64,000 nucleotides of DNA from Candidatus Coproplasma sp. GTDB taxonomy: Bacteria > Bacillota > Clostridia > Christensenellales > Borkfalkiaceae. Numbering within the stretch: position 1 is the first letter of the stretch; each line of letters begins with the position of its first letter. The stretch lies in contig JBJFGI010000041.1 in assembly GCA_051892535.1 (NCBI GenBank), positions 20,585 through 84,584 on the forward strand. The letters run 5' to 3'. The notes under the pieces are model-generated. The model did no database searches and was not told the origin of the DNA. It saw nothing but the letters and a program-made list of their open reading frames with translations. The translations under genes were made by a program, and so were the position numbers. Shown here one piece after another: positions 27,430 through 37,747 of the stretch.

Positions 27430-28046
27430 TGCAATGATGCCGCCTTTTTAATAAAATCAATCTTGCTATCTAGTGCAGAGTTTACGTTGTAAGATATGAG
27501 TTTTTCCACCTCTTTTTGCGCAAACTCCTTGAACACGGGGTTTTTTAAACTGTCCCTGCCGAACGCAAACTCTTCCTCGCTATACCCTTCCGTGCCGCCT
27601 GTGCGTTCACCCTTTATTATGAAGTAATAATTGCCATCGAAGAAGATGTCGTCGGCGGTGAGTTTACAGCCCTTTGAAATTAAAAATCTTCTCAGCTCCT
27701 CACTGTTTTTCATCGGCTGGAAGATAAATTTTCGGGGAATGAACCCCTCGCTTAAAATCTTTATTATCTCCATTCCGCCCATGCCTGCGATTAACACCTG
27801 CTGACAATCGTCATCGATTTCCTGCAAGCCGTCGCAACATACCGACGTACACCTGCCCTGTTCGATATAGCTCTTTAAAAGCCTCTCCGCCTTGGCAAGC
27901 GATTTTGCCGACACGTCTGCAATTACGGCACGCTGACACTTACCGCTCTTTAAGGCGTAAAGCGTGCAATAGCCGTGGTCACAGCCGATATCGGCAAAGC
28001 TTTCGCAGTAATCTATATAGGAGCAGATTTCCTCTATCCTGCCCAT
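27426..28046 (-). CDS. trmK: tRNA (adenine22-N1)-methyltransferase
   Basis: The SAM-binding DIGCDHGY and AGMGG motifs. It lies downstream of sigA as in Bacillus (yqfN). Confidence 0.8.
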   Translation of the reverse strand: MGRIEEICSYIDYCESFADIGCDHGYCTLYALKSGKCQRAVIADVSAKSLAKAERLLKSYIEQGRCTSVCCDGLQEIDDDCQQVLIAGMGGMEIIKILSEGFIPRKFIFQPMKNSEELRRFLISKGCKLTADDIFFDGNYYFIIKGERTGGTEGYSEEEFAFGRDSLKNPVFKEFAQKEVEKLISYNVNSALDSKIDFIKKAASLQ

Positions 28047-29104
28047 CAGGTATCGAGGAAGTCCTTTAAATGCTTGGAACGTGAAGGGTGACGGAGCTTT
28101 CTTAATGCCTTAGCCTCAATCTGCCTTATACGCTCCCTCGTTACGTTGAACTCCTTACCTACCTCTTCAAGAGTTCTGGGTCTGCCGTCGTCTACGCCGT
28201 AACGGAGACGCAAAACCTTTTCCTCACGAGGGGTTAAGGTGCTCAACACACTTATTAAAGTCTCTTTGAGCATTGTGGATGATACGCTGTCCGAAGGGGT
28301 TATCGCCCTGTCGTCCTCGATAAAGTCGCCAAGGTGGGAATCCTCTTCCTCGCCTATGGGGGTTTCCAACGATACGGGGTCCTGGGCAATCTTCTGAATT
28401 TCCCTCACCCTCTCTTCGGATACGTTCATCTCCGCTGCGATTTCAGCAGGAGTGGGTTCACGGCCTAAGGTCTGCAAAAGTACCCTTGAAACTCTGGTCA
28501 ATTTGTTGATTGTTTCGACCATATGCACGGGGATACGAATGGTCCTTGCCTGGTCTGCAATAGCCCTTGTTATTGCCTGCCTTATCCACCAGGTGGCATA
28601 AGTTGAGAACTTGAAGCCCTTTTCGTAGTCGAACTTCTCGACAGCCTTCATAAGGCCCATGTTGCCCTCCTGAATTAAATCCAAAAAGAGCATACCTCTG
28701 CCGACATAGCGCTTTGCAATCGAGACGACAAGCCTTAAGTTTGCCTCCGAGAGCTTCCTCTTAGCCTCCTCGTCGCCCTCCTGTATACGCTTAGCCAACT
28801 CTATCTCGTCGTCTGCGGAGAGCAGGGGAACCTCGCCTATATCCTTTAAATACATTTTAACGGGGTCGTCCAAGCTGATGTCCGAAAGGGCTTGTTCATA
28901 CAACTCTCTGTCCCTCTCGGCTTCGTCGATAATCTGAATACCGACTTCTGCAATCGACTTGTAGACGTAGTCAACCTGTGCCGGAGTCGTGTCGTACTTT
29001 TCCAGCACGTCGCATAAAGCGTTGGTAGTTATCGCACCCTTGAAGGAGTATGCGTCGATAATCTGCTTTAAAATTTCGTTAAGTTTCTGGTCGGATATAC
29101 TCAT
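28046..29104 (-). CDS. sigA: Primary RNA polymerase sigma factor
   Basis: Regions 2-4 are intact ([67 protein letters not shown]). It follows dnaG. Confidence 0.95.
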   Translation of the reverse strand: MSISDQKLNEILKQIIDAYSFKGAITTNALCDVLEKYDTTPAQVDYVYKSIAEVGIQIIDEAERDRELYEQALSDISLDDPVKMYLKDIGEVPLLSADDEIELAKRIQEGDEEAKRKLSEANLRLVVSIAKRYVGRGMLFLDLIQEGNMGLMKAVEKFDYEKGFKFSTYATWWIRQAITRAIADQARTIRIPVHMVETINKLTRVSRVLLQTLGREPTPAEIAAEMNVSEERVREIQKIAQDPVSLETPIGEEEDSHLGDFIEDDRAITPSDSVSSTMLKETLISVLSTLTPREEKVLRLRYGVDDGRPRTLEEVGKEFNVTRERIRQIEAKALRKLRHPSRSKHLKDFLDT

Positions 29105-29107
29105 TTT

Positions 29108-30892
29108 TCACCTACTTTTGATTTTCTCTTTTTGTTTTGCCAATTCGTTAATCTGTTGGGCTACCTTTGCCCTTTCAATTAAATCTTCAATGCCTGAAAG
29201 GCTCTTGGTCAGTGCCTTTATCTCCTCGTCGATTGCATTTATTTTAAGCTTGATAATGCAGTCGTTGAAGAATTTTTCGCCGACTTCGCCCTCCAGTCCG
29301 CCTCCGTCGGCATAGTCTAATATCCTGCCAAGTTCCTCGTATTCGGGGCTTTCCGCGTCGAAGAAGTCGAAGAGTTCGCTTAAGCGTATCGGCTCTTGCA
29401 TCAGCTGTTTGCTGCGGATATATTTGGCTATGATTATATGCACGTCGCTGACAAACTTTATGGAAGATACGTCCACGTCCTGCGCATAATCCTCGTTAAA
29501 CAGCAGCCCTGCAATGACGAACCGTGAAGCCTTTTGAATGACGTCTGCCGTATCCTTTTTCTGCGGTGGCGGCGTACTCTGTACGGGTTTTTCGGGGCGT
29601 TTGGCGTTTAAGTCTTTTTTTAAAGCTTCAAGCGATACGCCCGTCTGCGTACGGAGTTGCTTTAAAAGTTCTTCCTTCTCCGTTTCACTGTCGGCAGTCC
29701 TTATAACGTCCAACGCCTCGGCAATGCAGGAACGCTTGTCCACCGTGTCCGATACGTTGTACTTGCTCATAACGACTTTCAACTTGTAGTCTATAAGAGG
29801 CATTGCGCTGTCTAAGCACTTCTGATAGCCCTCCGCACCCTGCTGTTTGATGATGTCGTCGGGGTCAAGACCTTCGGGAAGGGGTACCACTTTGACGTTT
29901 AACCCCTCGTCCTTTAGTATGTCCATACCCTTGAGGTTGGCGTTCTGCCCTGCGGAGTCGCCGTCGTAGCTAATATAGACGGTATCTACGTACCTCTTTA
30001 AAAGCCTTGCCTGCTCCTGCGTGAGCGAGGTACCCATGCTGGCAACGACGTTTTTAAACCCTGCGCTGTACAGCGAGATGACGTCCATATACCCCTCTAC
30101 CATGATTATCTCCTTAACCGTGGTAGTACGCTTGAGCTTTTTAACTAAATTTATATTATACAGGTTGTTACGCTTGTTGAAAACCAGCGTGTCCCTTGTG
30201 TTGACGTATTTTGCAAAATTTGCTTTTTTAAGTAACCTGCCGCCGAAGGCTATTACCTCGCCGTAGGAGTTTATGATGGGGAATATCAGCCTTCCGCCCT
30301 GTGCGTCGGACAGTCTGCCGTTAGCCTCGTTTACCACTCCGCTATCCAAAATCTGTTGCTTTGTATAGCCCTTTGAGAGCAGATAGCGGGGTAAATCGTC
30401 GTAGTTTAGACTGGCACCCAAGCCGAACGTCCGCACCATGCTGGGGGATATTTGCCTGTTCATTATATAGTTGACGTGCGCATCCGCCTTGCCGGAGGAG
30501 AGGTTGTTCAAATAAAAGTGTGCGCAATCGTTGAGTATTTTAAGTATGGTATCCTTTTTCTTTTTGAGCTCCGCCGCCCGTCCGTCGTCGTCCGCCATCT
30601 CGGGCATGGGAATCTGAGCCCTTTCGCAAAGCAGCTTGACCGCACCCATAAAATCGAGCGTCTCCATCTCGCTGACTAAACGTATGACGTCGCCCGATAC
30701 TCCGCAGCCGAAGCAGTGATAAAACTGCCCTGCCTCGTTAATGGAAAAGGAAGGAGTCTTTTCATGGTGAAAGGGACAGCATGCCCAATAGCTTGCCCCC
30801 TTCTTCTCCATTGTAAAGTAGCTCTCCGCTATCTCTACGATATTAACTTTTTCCTTTAAAGTTCTTATGAACTCCTTGTCTATTCCGCTCAT
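29108..30892 (-). CDS. dnaG: DNA primase
   Basis: Zinc ribbon CPFHHEKTPSF...CFGCG and a TOPRIM region (EGYMDV), 594 aa. Confidence 0.95.
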   Translation of the reverse strand: MSGIDKEFIRTLKEKVNIVEIAESYFTMEKKGASYWACCPFHHEKTPSFSINEAGQFYHCFGCGVSGDVIRLVSEMETLDFMGAVKLLCERAQIPMPEMADDDGRAAELKKKKDTILKILNDCAHFYLNNLSSGKADAHVNYIMNRQISPSMVRTFGLGASLNYDDLPRYLLSKGYTKQQILDSGVVNEANGRLSDAQGGRLIFPIINSYGEVIAFGGRLLKKANFAKYVNTRDTLVFNKRNNLYNINLVKKLKRTTTVKEIIMVEGYMDVISLYSAGFKNVVASMGTSLTQEQARLLKRYVDTVYISYDGDSAGQNANLKGMDILKDEGLNVKVVPLPEGLDPDDIIKQQGAEGYQKCLDSAMPLIDYKLKVVMSKYNVSDTVDKRSCIAEALDVIRTADSETEKEELLKQLRTQTGVSLEALKKDLNAKRPEKPVQSTPPPQKKDTADVIQKASRFVIAGLLFNEDYAQDVDVSSIKFVSDVHIIIAKYIRSKQLMQEPIRLSELFDFFDAESPEYEELGRILDYADGGGLEGEVGEKFFNDCIIKLKINAIDEEIKALTKSLSGIEDLIERAKVAQQINELAKQKEKIKSR

Positions 30893-30902
30893 TTAAAAAT
30901 TA

Positions 30903-31937
30903 TTAATTCTGTTCGTCTGTAAAATTCCAGCCCTTGGGTACGAATATGCGGTTAAAGGTGTACACTGCGTACCTGTCCGTCATTGAGGAGAGATAGTCGC
31001 AGATGACCTGCTCCTTTTTATATTTGTCCATTAATTTAATGTAGGTCTGAGGCAACTGCTCGGGGTACTTTTCATAGTAAGAGTAGAGTGCGGACAGCAT
31101 CCTCTCCGCCTTCTCCTCCTCTTTGAGAGCATACTCGGTCAAGTAGACGTTTTCAAACATAAAGCTTCTCAGCTTTTCGCTTGCCGCCTCCACCTCTTCT
31201 CCTAAAGCTACGAAGGGCTTGCCTACGCTGGTCTTGTATGCGGAGGTGACGGCGGTGTTAATCCTCTCCCTCGACGAAGAGCCTAAAACGGCTATTACGT
31301 CCTTGGGGATATCGTTTTCCGTCAGAATTCCTGCACGGATTGCGTCGTTTAAGTCGTGATTTATGTAGGCAACTCTGTCGGCAATGTTTACGCACATTCC
31401 CTCAAGCGTGGCGGGCTTTAACCCCTTTTTGTGGTTTAAAATTCCGTCCCTGACTTCGTAGGTTAAATTTAAGCCGTTGCCGTCCTTTTCCAACACGTCG
31501 ACAACCCTTACTGACTGCTCGTTATGCTTAAAGCCCGTGGGGGAGAGTTTTGAGAGTATTCTCTCTCCGCTGTGACCGAACGGGGTGTGACCTAAATCGT
31601 GACCGTAGGCGATAGCTTCGGCTAAGTCTTCATTTAGGCTTAACGCCCTTGCAAGAGACCTTGCAATCTGCGATACGTCCAACGTGTGAGTTAAACGGGT
31701 TACGTAGTGGTCGCCCTCGGGCGAGAAAAAGACCTGCGTCTTGTTCTTTAAACGGATAAAGGCTTTGCTGTATACAATTCTGTCACGGTCACGCTGATAC
31801 TCCGTACGCATTTCGCACGGGGTTTCCTCTTTTGCCCTGCCCTTGGTGTCCGCCGATTTTGCGGCATAGGGCGAGAGATATCTGTCCTCTAAGTCGTAAC
31901 GGTTTTGTAATATGCTATCGAATTTATCCATTTTCAC
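30903..31937 (-). CDS. dGTP triphosphohydrolase-like HD-domain protein
   Basis: RLTHTLDVSQIAR and YGHDLGHTPFGHSGE motifs. Confidence 0.85.
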   Translation of the reverse strand: MKMDKFDSILQNRYDLEDRYLSPYAAKSADTKGRAKEETPCEMRTEYQRDRDRIVYSKAFIRLKNKTQVFFSPEGDHYVTRLTHTLDVSQIARSLARALSLNEDLAEAIAYGHDLGHTPFGHSGERILSKLSPTGFKHNEQSVRVVDVLEKDGNGLNLTYEVRDGILNHKKGLKPATLEGMCVNIADRVAYINHDLNDAIRAGILTENDIPKDVIAVLGSSSRERINTAVTSAYKTSVGKPFVALGEEVEAASEKLRSFMFENVYLTEYALKEEEKAERMLSALYSYYEKYPEQLPQTYIKLMDKYKKEQVICDYLSSMTDRYAVYTFNRIFVPKGWNFTDEQN

Positions 31938-32049
31938 TTAATATATACGAAAAAATTTTCCGTTTTCCTTTATTTTTGGCAAAATTTTTTGAATTTTTTT
32001 GTGAAATTTCTGTTCGGGGTGGTTTGCACTGAAGTTGATTAACCCTTAT

Positions 32050-32775
32050 TTACTTTGCAAAGCCACCGCCGACGGAGAGCACCTCGCCAGTGACGTAGGT
32101 GTTCTGCGCAAGATACAGACAGGCTTTCGCCACGTCCTCGCCCGTGCCCATACGCCCTAAGGGGATTTCGGAGATGAGCTCTTCCGCCTCCACCTCGGAA
32201 AGGTGAGAATTCATCTGGGTGTCGATAACCCCGGGAGAGACGCTGTTTACACGAACGTGAGAGGGGGCAAGCTCCTTGGCAAGTGCCTTGGTAAAGGCTA
32301 TTACCGCACCCTTTGAAGCTGAATACGCCACCTCACAGCTGGCACCCACCTCTCCCCAGATTGAGGAGATGTTGATTATACAGCCGCTGCCCGAGCAAAT
32401 CATATTGTCTACAACCTCTTTGCTGCAGAGGAATACGCCCTTCATATTTACGTTGAATATCTGCTCGAAGTCGTAGAGCGAGGTCTCCTGAATGACCCTT
32501 ATCTTTGATATCCCTGCATTGTTTATAAGCACGTCTACCCTGCCGTAGATGCGGAATATCTCTTTGAACATCTCTTTGACCTGCCCCTCGTCGGACACGT
32601 CGGCTCTCATTAAAACGGGACAGTAGCCCTGTTGATTAAACTCCGCCTGGGTGTTGAGCGCAGCCTCCTCGTCGTGGCAGTAGTTGAGTATAACCTCGTA
32701 GCCGTTTTGCAGAAATTCCTGCGCAATAGCCTTGCCTATGCCCTTTGTTCCACCCGTTATCAGCACTGTTTTCAT
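32050..32775 (-). CDS. SDR-family oxidoreductase (FabG-like)
   Basis: TGGTKGIGKA, NNAG and YSASKGA motifs. Confidence 0.75.
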   Translation of the reverse strand: MKTVLITGGTKGIGKAIAQEFLQNGYEVILNYCHDEEAALNTQAEFNQQGYCPVLMRADVSDEGQVKEMFKEIFRIYGRVDVLINNAGISKIRVIQETSLYDFEQIFNVNMKGVFLCSKEVVDNMICSGSGCIINISSIWGEVGASCEVAYSASKGAVIAFTKALAKELAPSHVRVNSVSPGVIDTQMNSHLSEVEAEELISEIPLGRMGTGEDVAKACLYLAQNTYVTGEVLSVGGGFAK

Positions 32776-33269
32776 TATATTTTTTCCCTTATTTTCCGTG
32801 CAATCGTTTCGGGGGTAAACTCGTCGGTGTCGATGACGTAGTCGGCAACGCCCTCGTAGACAGCCGAGCGGTTTGCCAGAATGGTGTTAACCCTCTCCTC
32901 TAAATCGCCCTGCAAAAGGGGGCGTGTGCTGTCGCCTTTCAATCTTTTAATTATCGTCTCCGCCTTAGTGCGAAGGTAGAAGATTTTACCCGTCTGTTTT
33001 AACGCCTCGACGTTTTCGCTGCGCAGTACACAGCCGCCGCCGAGGGATATTACCGCATTGTCGTAACAAGAGGCTACCTCTTTGGCTATCTGAGTTTCTA
33101 TATCACGGAACGCCTGCTCGCCCTGCGTTGCAAAGATTGCATTAATCTCGCCGTAGCGCTCTACTATTACGGCGTCGGTGTCCACCTTTTTTACGCCGAA
33201 AAGGAGAGAATACGCCTCGGACACTGCCGTTTTACCGCAGCCCATCATTCCACAGAGAACTACGTTCAC
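32775..33269 (-). CDS. aroK: Shikimate kinase
   Basis: P-loop GMMGCGKT and LGGG, in the aro operon context. Confidence 0.85.
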   Translation of the reverse strand: MNVVLCGMMGCGKTAVSEAYSLLFGVKKVDTDAVIVERYGEINAIFATQGEQAFRDIETQIAKEVASCYDNAVISLGGGCVLRSENVEALKQTGKIFYLRTKAETIIKRLKGDSTRPLLQGDLEERVNTILANRSAVYEGVADYVIDTDEFTPETIARKIREKI

Positions 33270-33676
33270 AGCTTAAAACTCTCCGCTGCTAACACGTAGC
33301 TGTTTTTACCGAAGCCGAGAATTTCACCCTTGCATACGGGGGTTAAGACGGAGTTGCGTCTGAACTCTTCCCTGGCGTGTACGTTGGACATATGCACCTC
33401 GACTACGGGTATCTTTATCGATGCGATTGCGTCACGGATGGCGTAGCTGTAATGGGTGAACGCACCTGCGTTTAATATTATTGCGTCTGCCTCTGCCGAC
33501 TGAATTGCCGAACAGATTTCACCCTCTATATTGCTCTGGAAGAACTCGCACTCGTCGCCTGAAAGCTTGTCTGCGATATACTTGTTTATCTCTTCCAACG
33601 TCTCGGTGCCGTAGACACCCTTTTCACGTATTCCCGTCATATTGAGGTTTACGCCGTTGATGAATAAAAATTTCAT
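33266..33676 (-). CDS. aroQ: Type II 3-dehydroquinate dehydratase
   Basis: INGVNLNMTGIREKGVYG and HMSNVHAREEFR. The start is set at the ATG at 33676, which has a GAGGAA SD. Confidence 0.85.
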   Translation of the reverse strand: MKFLFINGVNLNMTGIREKGVYGTETLEEINKYIADKLSGDECEFFQSNIEGEICSAIQSAEADAIILNAGAFTHYSYAIRDAIASIKIPVVEVHMSNVHAREEFRRNSVLTPVCKGEILGFGKNSYVLAAESFKL

Positions 33677-33704
33677 ACTCTTTTCCTCTGTCTTATTTTC
33701 GCTC

Positions 33705-34502
33705 TTAATATATTTTTGCGTACTCTTCGTACAGCTTTGCCGCAACGGCAGGGTCGGGAGTCAAGCCGAAATAGTAGCAGTCGGAATAATACGCCTGATA
33801 AAAGAGCATTGAAGCACCGTTCAAGGTCTTTTTACCGAGGCTTTCGGCTATCCTTAAAAACTCGCTCTGGGCGGGAACGTAGATTAAGTCCACCGCCGTG
33901 TCGCATAAGCTTAACACCTTATCGTCCACGGGGGAGATGCCCTCCGTCTTGTGCATACCCACTCCCGTTGCGTTTATGATTACGTCCACGGGGTGGGGCG
34001 TTACTTCGTTTAAAACGGTGATATTGCCGAACTCGTTTGCAACGTTTACTGCGTTCTGTGTGAACCTGTCGTATATCTCCACCGTTGCTCCGCCATCGAC
34101 GAGCTTTTTAGCTACGCTTCTGCCTGCACCGCCTGCACCCAACAAAAGAACCTTTTTGCCGCAAACCTCGATACCTGCGGCGTTGAGCATCTGCATAAAG
34201 CCCAGTCCGTCGGTGTTGTAGCCCGTTAAGGTCTTTGAAACTACCGTGTTGACCGCACCGAAGCATTTTGCGTCGTCTACTAATTCTCTAAGGTGGGGAA
34301 TTACGGTGAGTTTATAGGGTATGGTGAAATTCATACCGTCGTACTCTTTTAATAAACCCTCTATTTCCTTTTCAAACTGCTCTTCGGGAATGGAGACCTT
34401 GTCGTATGAAATCTGCACACCTAATTTTTTTGCGATGAAAAGATGTATCTGCGGACTCGCCGATTGAGATACGTCCTTGCCCACTACTGCAAGCTTAATC
34501 AT
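33705..34502 (-). CDS. aroE: Shikimate dehydrogenase
   Basis: SPQIH, NFTIPYK, NTDG and GAGGAGR motifs. Confidence 0.85.
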   Translation of the reverse strand: MIKLAVVGKDVSQSASPQIHLFIAKKLGVQISYDKVSIPEEQFEKEIEGLLKEYDGMNFTIPYKLTVIPHLRELVDDAKCFGAVNTVVSKTLTGYNTDGLGFMQMLNAAGIEVCGKKVLLLGAGGAGRSVAKKLVDGGATVEIYDRFTQNAVNVANEFGNITVLNEVTPHPVDVIINATGVGMHKTEGISPVDDKVLSLCDTAVDLIYVPAQSEFLRIAESLGKKTLNGASMLFYQAYYSDCYYFGLTPDPAVAAKLYEEYAKIY

Positions 34503-35563
34503 TTCTTCTCCTTTATTCTTTGAGCTATCTGACCGATTGCCTCTGCATATTCGCCCAAAGGCATCTTGATTTCCGCACTTTTCCCCTCGGTTGCGGGGAC
34601 GACCATCGATACGGTGGACTGCTCGTCGTTCTTCTTGTCAAACTTGGCGGCAAGCGCTGCCTCCCTAATATCGTCATAGGCAGGAATATTTTTAATCACC
34701 TTGCCGATAAGCGTCTTTAAATTTTTGGCGTATTCGCCGCCGCAGATGCCCTTGCTCTCGGCAATGAGCAGTTCGTAATACATACCGATTAACACAAACT
34801 CGCCGTGCGATTTGCGTTTATAGTACAGCTCGAAGGCGTGACCCGTTGTGTGACCTAAATTCAAGGTCTTTCTCAGACCGTTCAAATCCTTTTCATCCCC
34901 TGCGACTACGTTTGCCTTGTGCTGTATGCAGGGGGAGGTTATGCTCTCCATAAACTCTAAATCAAACAGCCTGTCCCTGTTTTGCCAGAGCGTCTGATAG
35001 ATTTCTTTATCCAGACCGCCGTACTTGATTATTTCGCCCAGACCACACCTCAGCTCCCTTTTAGGCAGGGTTTCAAGGAACATGGGGTCGACTATTACTT
35101 CGCCGGGCTGATAGAATGCGCCGATTGCGTTTTTAACGCTGTTTAAGTCCACCGCCGTCTTGCCGCCCACAGAGCTATCCACCTGGGATAAAAGGGTTGT
35201 GGGTATCTGCACGAGCTTTACGCCCCTCATAAACAGACAAGCCGCAAGCCCTGCAATGTCGCCGACTACGCCGCCGCCGAGGGCGACAACCGTGTAGGCA
35301 CGTGTCGCTCCGCTATCCAGCATATGCTTTAATATGGCAATTAACGTTGAATACGTCTTGCTCGCCTCGCCTGCCTTTATAACGTGGACGGGGGAATTAC
35401 CGAAAGTCTTTTCTATTAAATCTCTATAGATTGCGTAGACGTTGGAGTCCGTCACGATAAACAGCTTCCTGCCGTCTAATTCCTTTGTATATCTTTCAAA
35501 CGCACCCTTACCGCAGTGAATTACGCTCTTCTGCGTGGGGGTGTTGATAACTATATCCTGCAT
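34499..35563 (-). CDS. aroB: 3-dehydroquinate synthase
   Basis: GGGVVGDIAG, GEIIKYG and LNLGHTTGHA motifs. Confidence 0.9.
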   Translation of the reverse strand: MQDIVINTPTQKSVIHCGKGAFERYTKELDGRKLFIVTDSNVYAIYRDLIEKTFGNSPVHVIKAGEASKTYSTLIAILKHMLDSGATRAYTVVALGGGVVGDIAGLAACLFMRGVKLVQIPTTLLSQVDSSVGGKTAVDLNSVKNAIGAFYQPGEVIVDPMFLETLPKRELRCGLGEIIKYGGLDKEIYQTLWQNRDRLFDLEFMESITSPCIQHKANVVAGDEKDLNGLRKTLNLGHTTGHAFELYYKRKSHGEFVLIGMYYELLIAESKGICGGEYAKNLKTLIGKVIKNIPAYDDIREAALAAKFDKKNDEQSTVSMVVPATEGKSAEIKMPLGEYAEAIGQIAQRIKEKK

Positions 35564-35564
35564 A

Positions 35565-36692
35565 TCAGTTTAAAAGCGAATAACGCTTTATTACCTCCCC
35601 GATATTGTCGCCGCCGAGGCGTTTTGCAACTACTTCGGCTAAAGCAGTGCAGACCACGCTCTCTAAAATAATTTCGCAGGCACAGATTGCCGCAACGTCG
35701 CTGCGCTCGCCTGCCGCAGTGGTGGCTTCGCCCGTGGCTGTATCCACAGTCTTTAACCCCTTCATAAGCGTGGGAATGGGCTTCATAACCGCACGGAGAA
35801 CTATCTCCTCGCCGTTGGACATACCGCCCTCTATTCCGCCTGCGTTGTTGGTGGTACGGCTGTATCTGCCGTCTTGTAAAACTATTTCGTCGTGCACCTT
35901 ACTGCCCGGGAGCATACCTGCTTCAAAACCCATGCCGACCTCTACGCCCTTAATCGCCTGAACGCTCATTAACGCTGCGCAGAGCGTTGCGTCTAATTTT
36001 TCGGAGTAGGTCATACAGCTGCCGAAACCGCTTTTAAGTCCCTTAACACGCACCTGAACGATACCGCCTGCCGTGTCGCCCTGAACCTTTAAGCTGTCAA
36101 TAAGCTCCATCGCCTCAGCCTGTTTCTGCCCGTCGAGCATAAACAACGGCTGTGACTTTGCCGCCTCCAACTCACCGAAGGAATGGTAAGCGCCGTCCTG
36201 CACGCCGCATACGCACTCAACGTAGCCCGAAACCTCTACGCCTAACGCACGGAGGTACTGCCTTGCTATCGTTCCGCCTGCAACCCTTACCGCCGTCTCC
36301 CTTGCGCTTGCACGCTCCAAAATATTTCTTGCGTCGGTCTGGTCGTATTTGATCATACCCGTAAGGTCTGCATGCCCGGGACGTACACGGGTCAATACCC
36401 TTTGGGTTACGTCTGCACCCTCGGGTGCCATTGTACCCTGCCAATTGGCGTAGTCGGCGTTTTTAACGCAGAACGAGAGAGGACTGCCCAGCGTTTTAAG
36501 ATTGCGGACGCCCGACAAAATTTCCACCTTGTCGGTCTCTATCTTCTGTCTGCCGCCTCTGCCGTAACCGCTTTGACGGAGGGCGAGATATCTGTTTATT
36601 TCGTCTATATCGATTTGCATATTGGAGGGCAACCCCTCAATTATGCCCAAGAGCATTTTTCCGTGAGATTCTCCAGCAGTAGTAAGTCTCAT
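35565..36692 (-). CDS. aroC: Chorismate synthase
   Basis: MRLTTAGESHG, RPGHAD and GGMSNGE motifs. Confidence 0.95.
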   Translation of the reverse strand: MRLTTAGESHGKMLLGIIEGLPSNMQIDIDEINRYLALRQSGYGRGGRQKIETDKVEILSGVRNLKTLGSPLSFCVKNADYANWQGTMAPEGADVTQRVLTRVRPGHADLTGMIKYDQTDARNILERASARETAVRVAGGTIARQYLRALGVEVSGYVECVCGVQDGAYHSFGELEAAKSQPLFMLDGQKQAEAMELIDSLKVQGDTAGGIVQVRVKGLKSGFGSCMTYSEKLDATLCAALMSVQAIKGVEVGMGFEAGMLPGSKVHDEIVLQDGRYSRTTNNAGGIEGGMSNGEEIVLRAVMKPIPTLMKGLKTVDTATGEATTAAGERSDVAAICACEIILESVVCTALAEVVAKRLGGDNIGEVIKRYSLLN

Positions 36693-36707
36693 AATTTCTC
36701 CTTAATG

Positions 36708-37727
36708 TCAGTTGTGTGTCCAGCCCTGCCCGGTTACGCAGAACTCTACGTTGCCGCTCTCCGAGGTTAGTAATATCTGCGCACCGACGCCCGTCGCATT
36801 GGAAAGCGGTATCGCCGAAGGATAACCGCCGTAGTTTAAACCAACGCTGACTACTGCGTATTGAGGTTTAGTCAAATCGAACCACTCTACACAGGCGTTC
36901 TTCTTTCCGCCGTGGGCAGGAATTGTGGATACGTCGCACTCCTCCAGCAGTACGCCTTTGCCGTTATACGGGCAGAAGTCATTGCCTAACGACTTCTGCA
37001 GATTATAGTCTGCAATCACCCTGTTTAGCGCATCGCTGCGCACGTCCGAGCAGAATACGAACTTTTTGCCCAGACAGTCCAGCCAGCATATTGCCGATGC
37101 GTTGTCGATATTTTCATCGTTGGGATTTGTGTTGAGAGCCGAGTACTCGGACTCGGGACTTAAATAGCTTGACGGCGATAAAAATGTGAAAAAGTAATCC
37201 TCTCCTTCAAACCCCGTCGAGACGTCTGCAATTACGTTCGGAATATCTTTTTCATTAAGTGCCGATATGAAGGCGTAGTACTCGTCGGTTACCCTCTCGT
37301 TCAGACAGTAGGGAATATATGCACAGCCAACCCCTTTAAGCTGCAGGATTTCAGTTAACCCGCCGCAATGCTCCTTTTTGACGGAGGAACAGACGAGATA
37401 GTCGATATACTCCACCCCGTGACTGTTTAACGTCTTTAAAAGCTTTAATTGGTTGGGATAACTGCCGTCGCCGCCGTCGATTAACACCGTTTTACCGTCG
37501 GGGAGTTCGATTAAAGTACTGTCTCCAAACCCCACGTCTACGTAAGTAACCCTGAGCTGACCTCGCTCGTTTTTATCCGCCTTGACTGCATACGCCGAAA
37601 GATATCTTACGGGGAAAAAGGCGTTTACTATAAGCAGCGCAATAGTTAACACCGCAAATATCGCAAGAATAACTATCGTAACTATGGCAGAAACGGAAAG
37701 TTTTCTTCTTTTTCTTTTGTTTGCCAA
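36708..37727 (-). CDS. Membrane-anchored MBL-fold hydrolase (ComEC C-terminal domain-like)
   Basis: An N-terminal TM helix followed by VTYVDVGFGDSTLIELPDGKTVLIDGG. Confidence 0.65.
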   Translation of the reverse strand: MANKRKRRKLSVSAIVTIVILAIFAVLTIALLIVNAFFPVRYLSAYAVKADKNERGQLRVTYVDVGFGDSTLIELPDGKTVLIDGGDGSYPNQLKLLKTLNSHGVEYIDYLVCSSVKKEHCGGLTEILQLKGVGCAYIPYCLNERVTDEYYAFISALNEKDIPNVIADVSTGFEGEDYFFTFLSPSSYLSPESEYSALNTNPNDENIDNASAICWLDCLGKKFVFCSDVRSDALNRVIADYNLQKSLGNDFCPYNGKGVLLEECDVSTIPAHGGKKNACVEWFDLTKPQYAVVSVGLNYGGYPSAIPLSNATGVGAQILLTSESGNVEFCVTGQGWTHN

Positions 37728-37747
37728 AATGCTTAACCTGTCTCTTC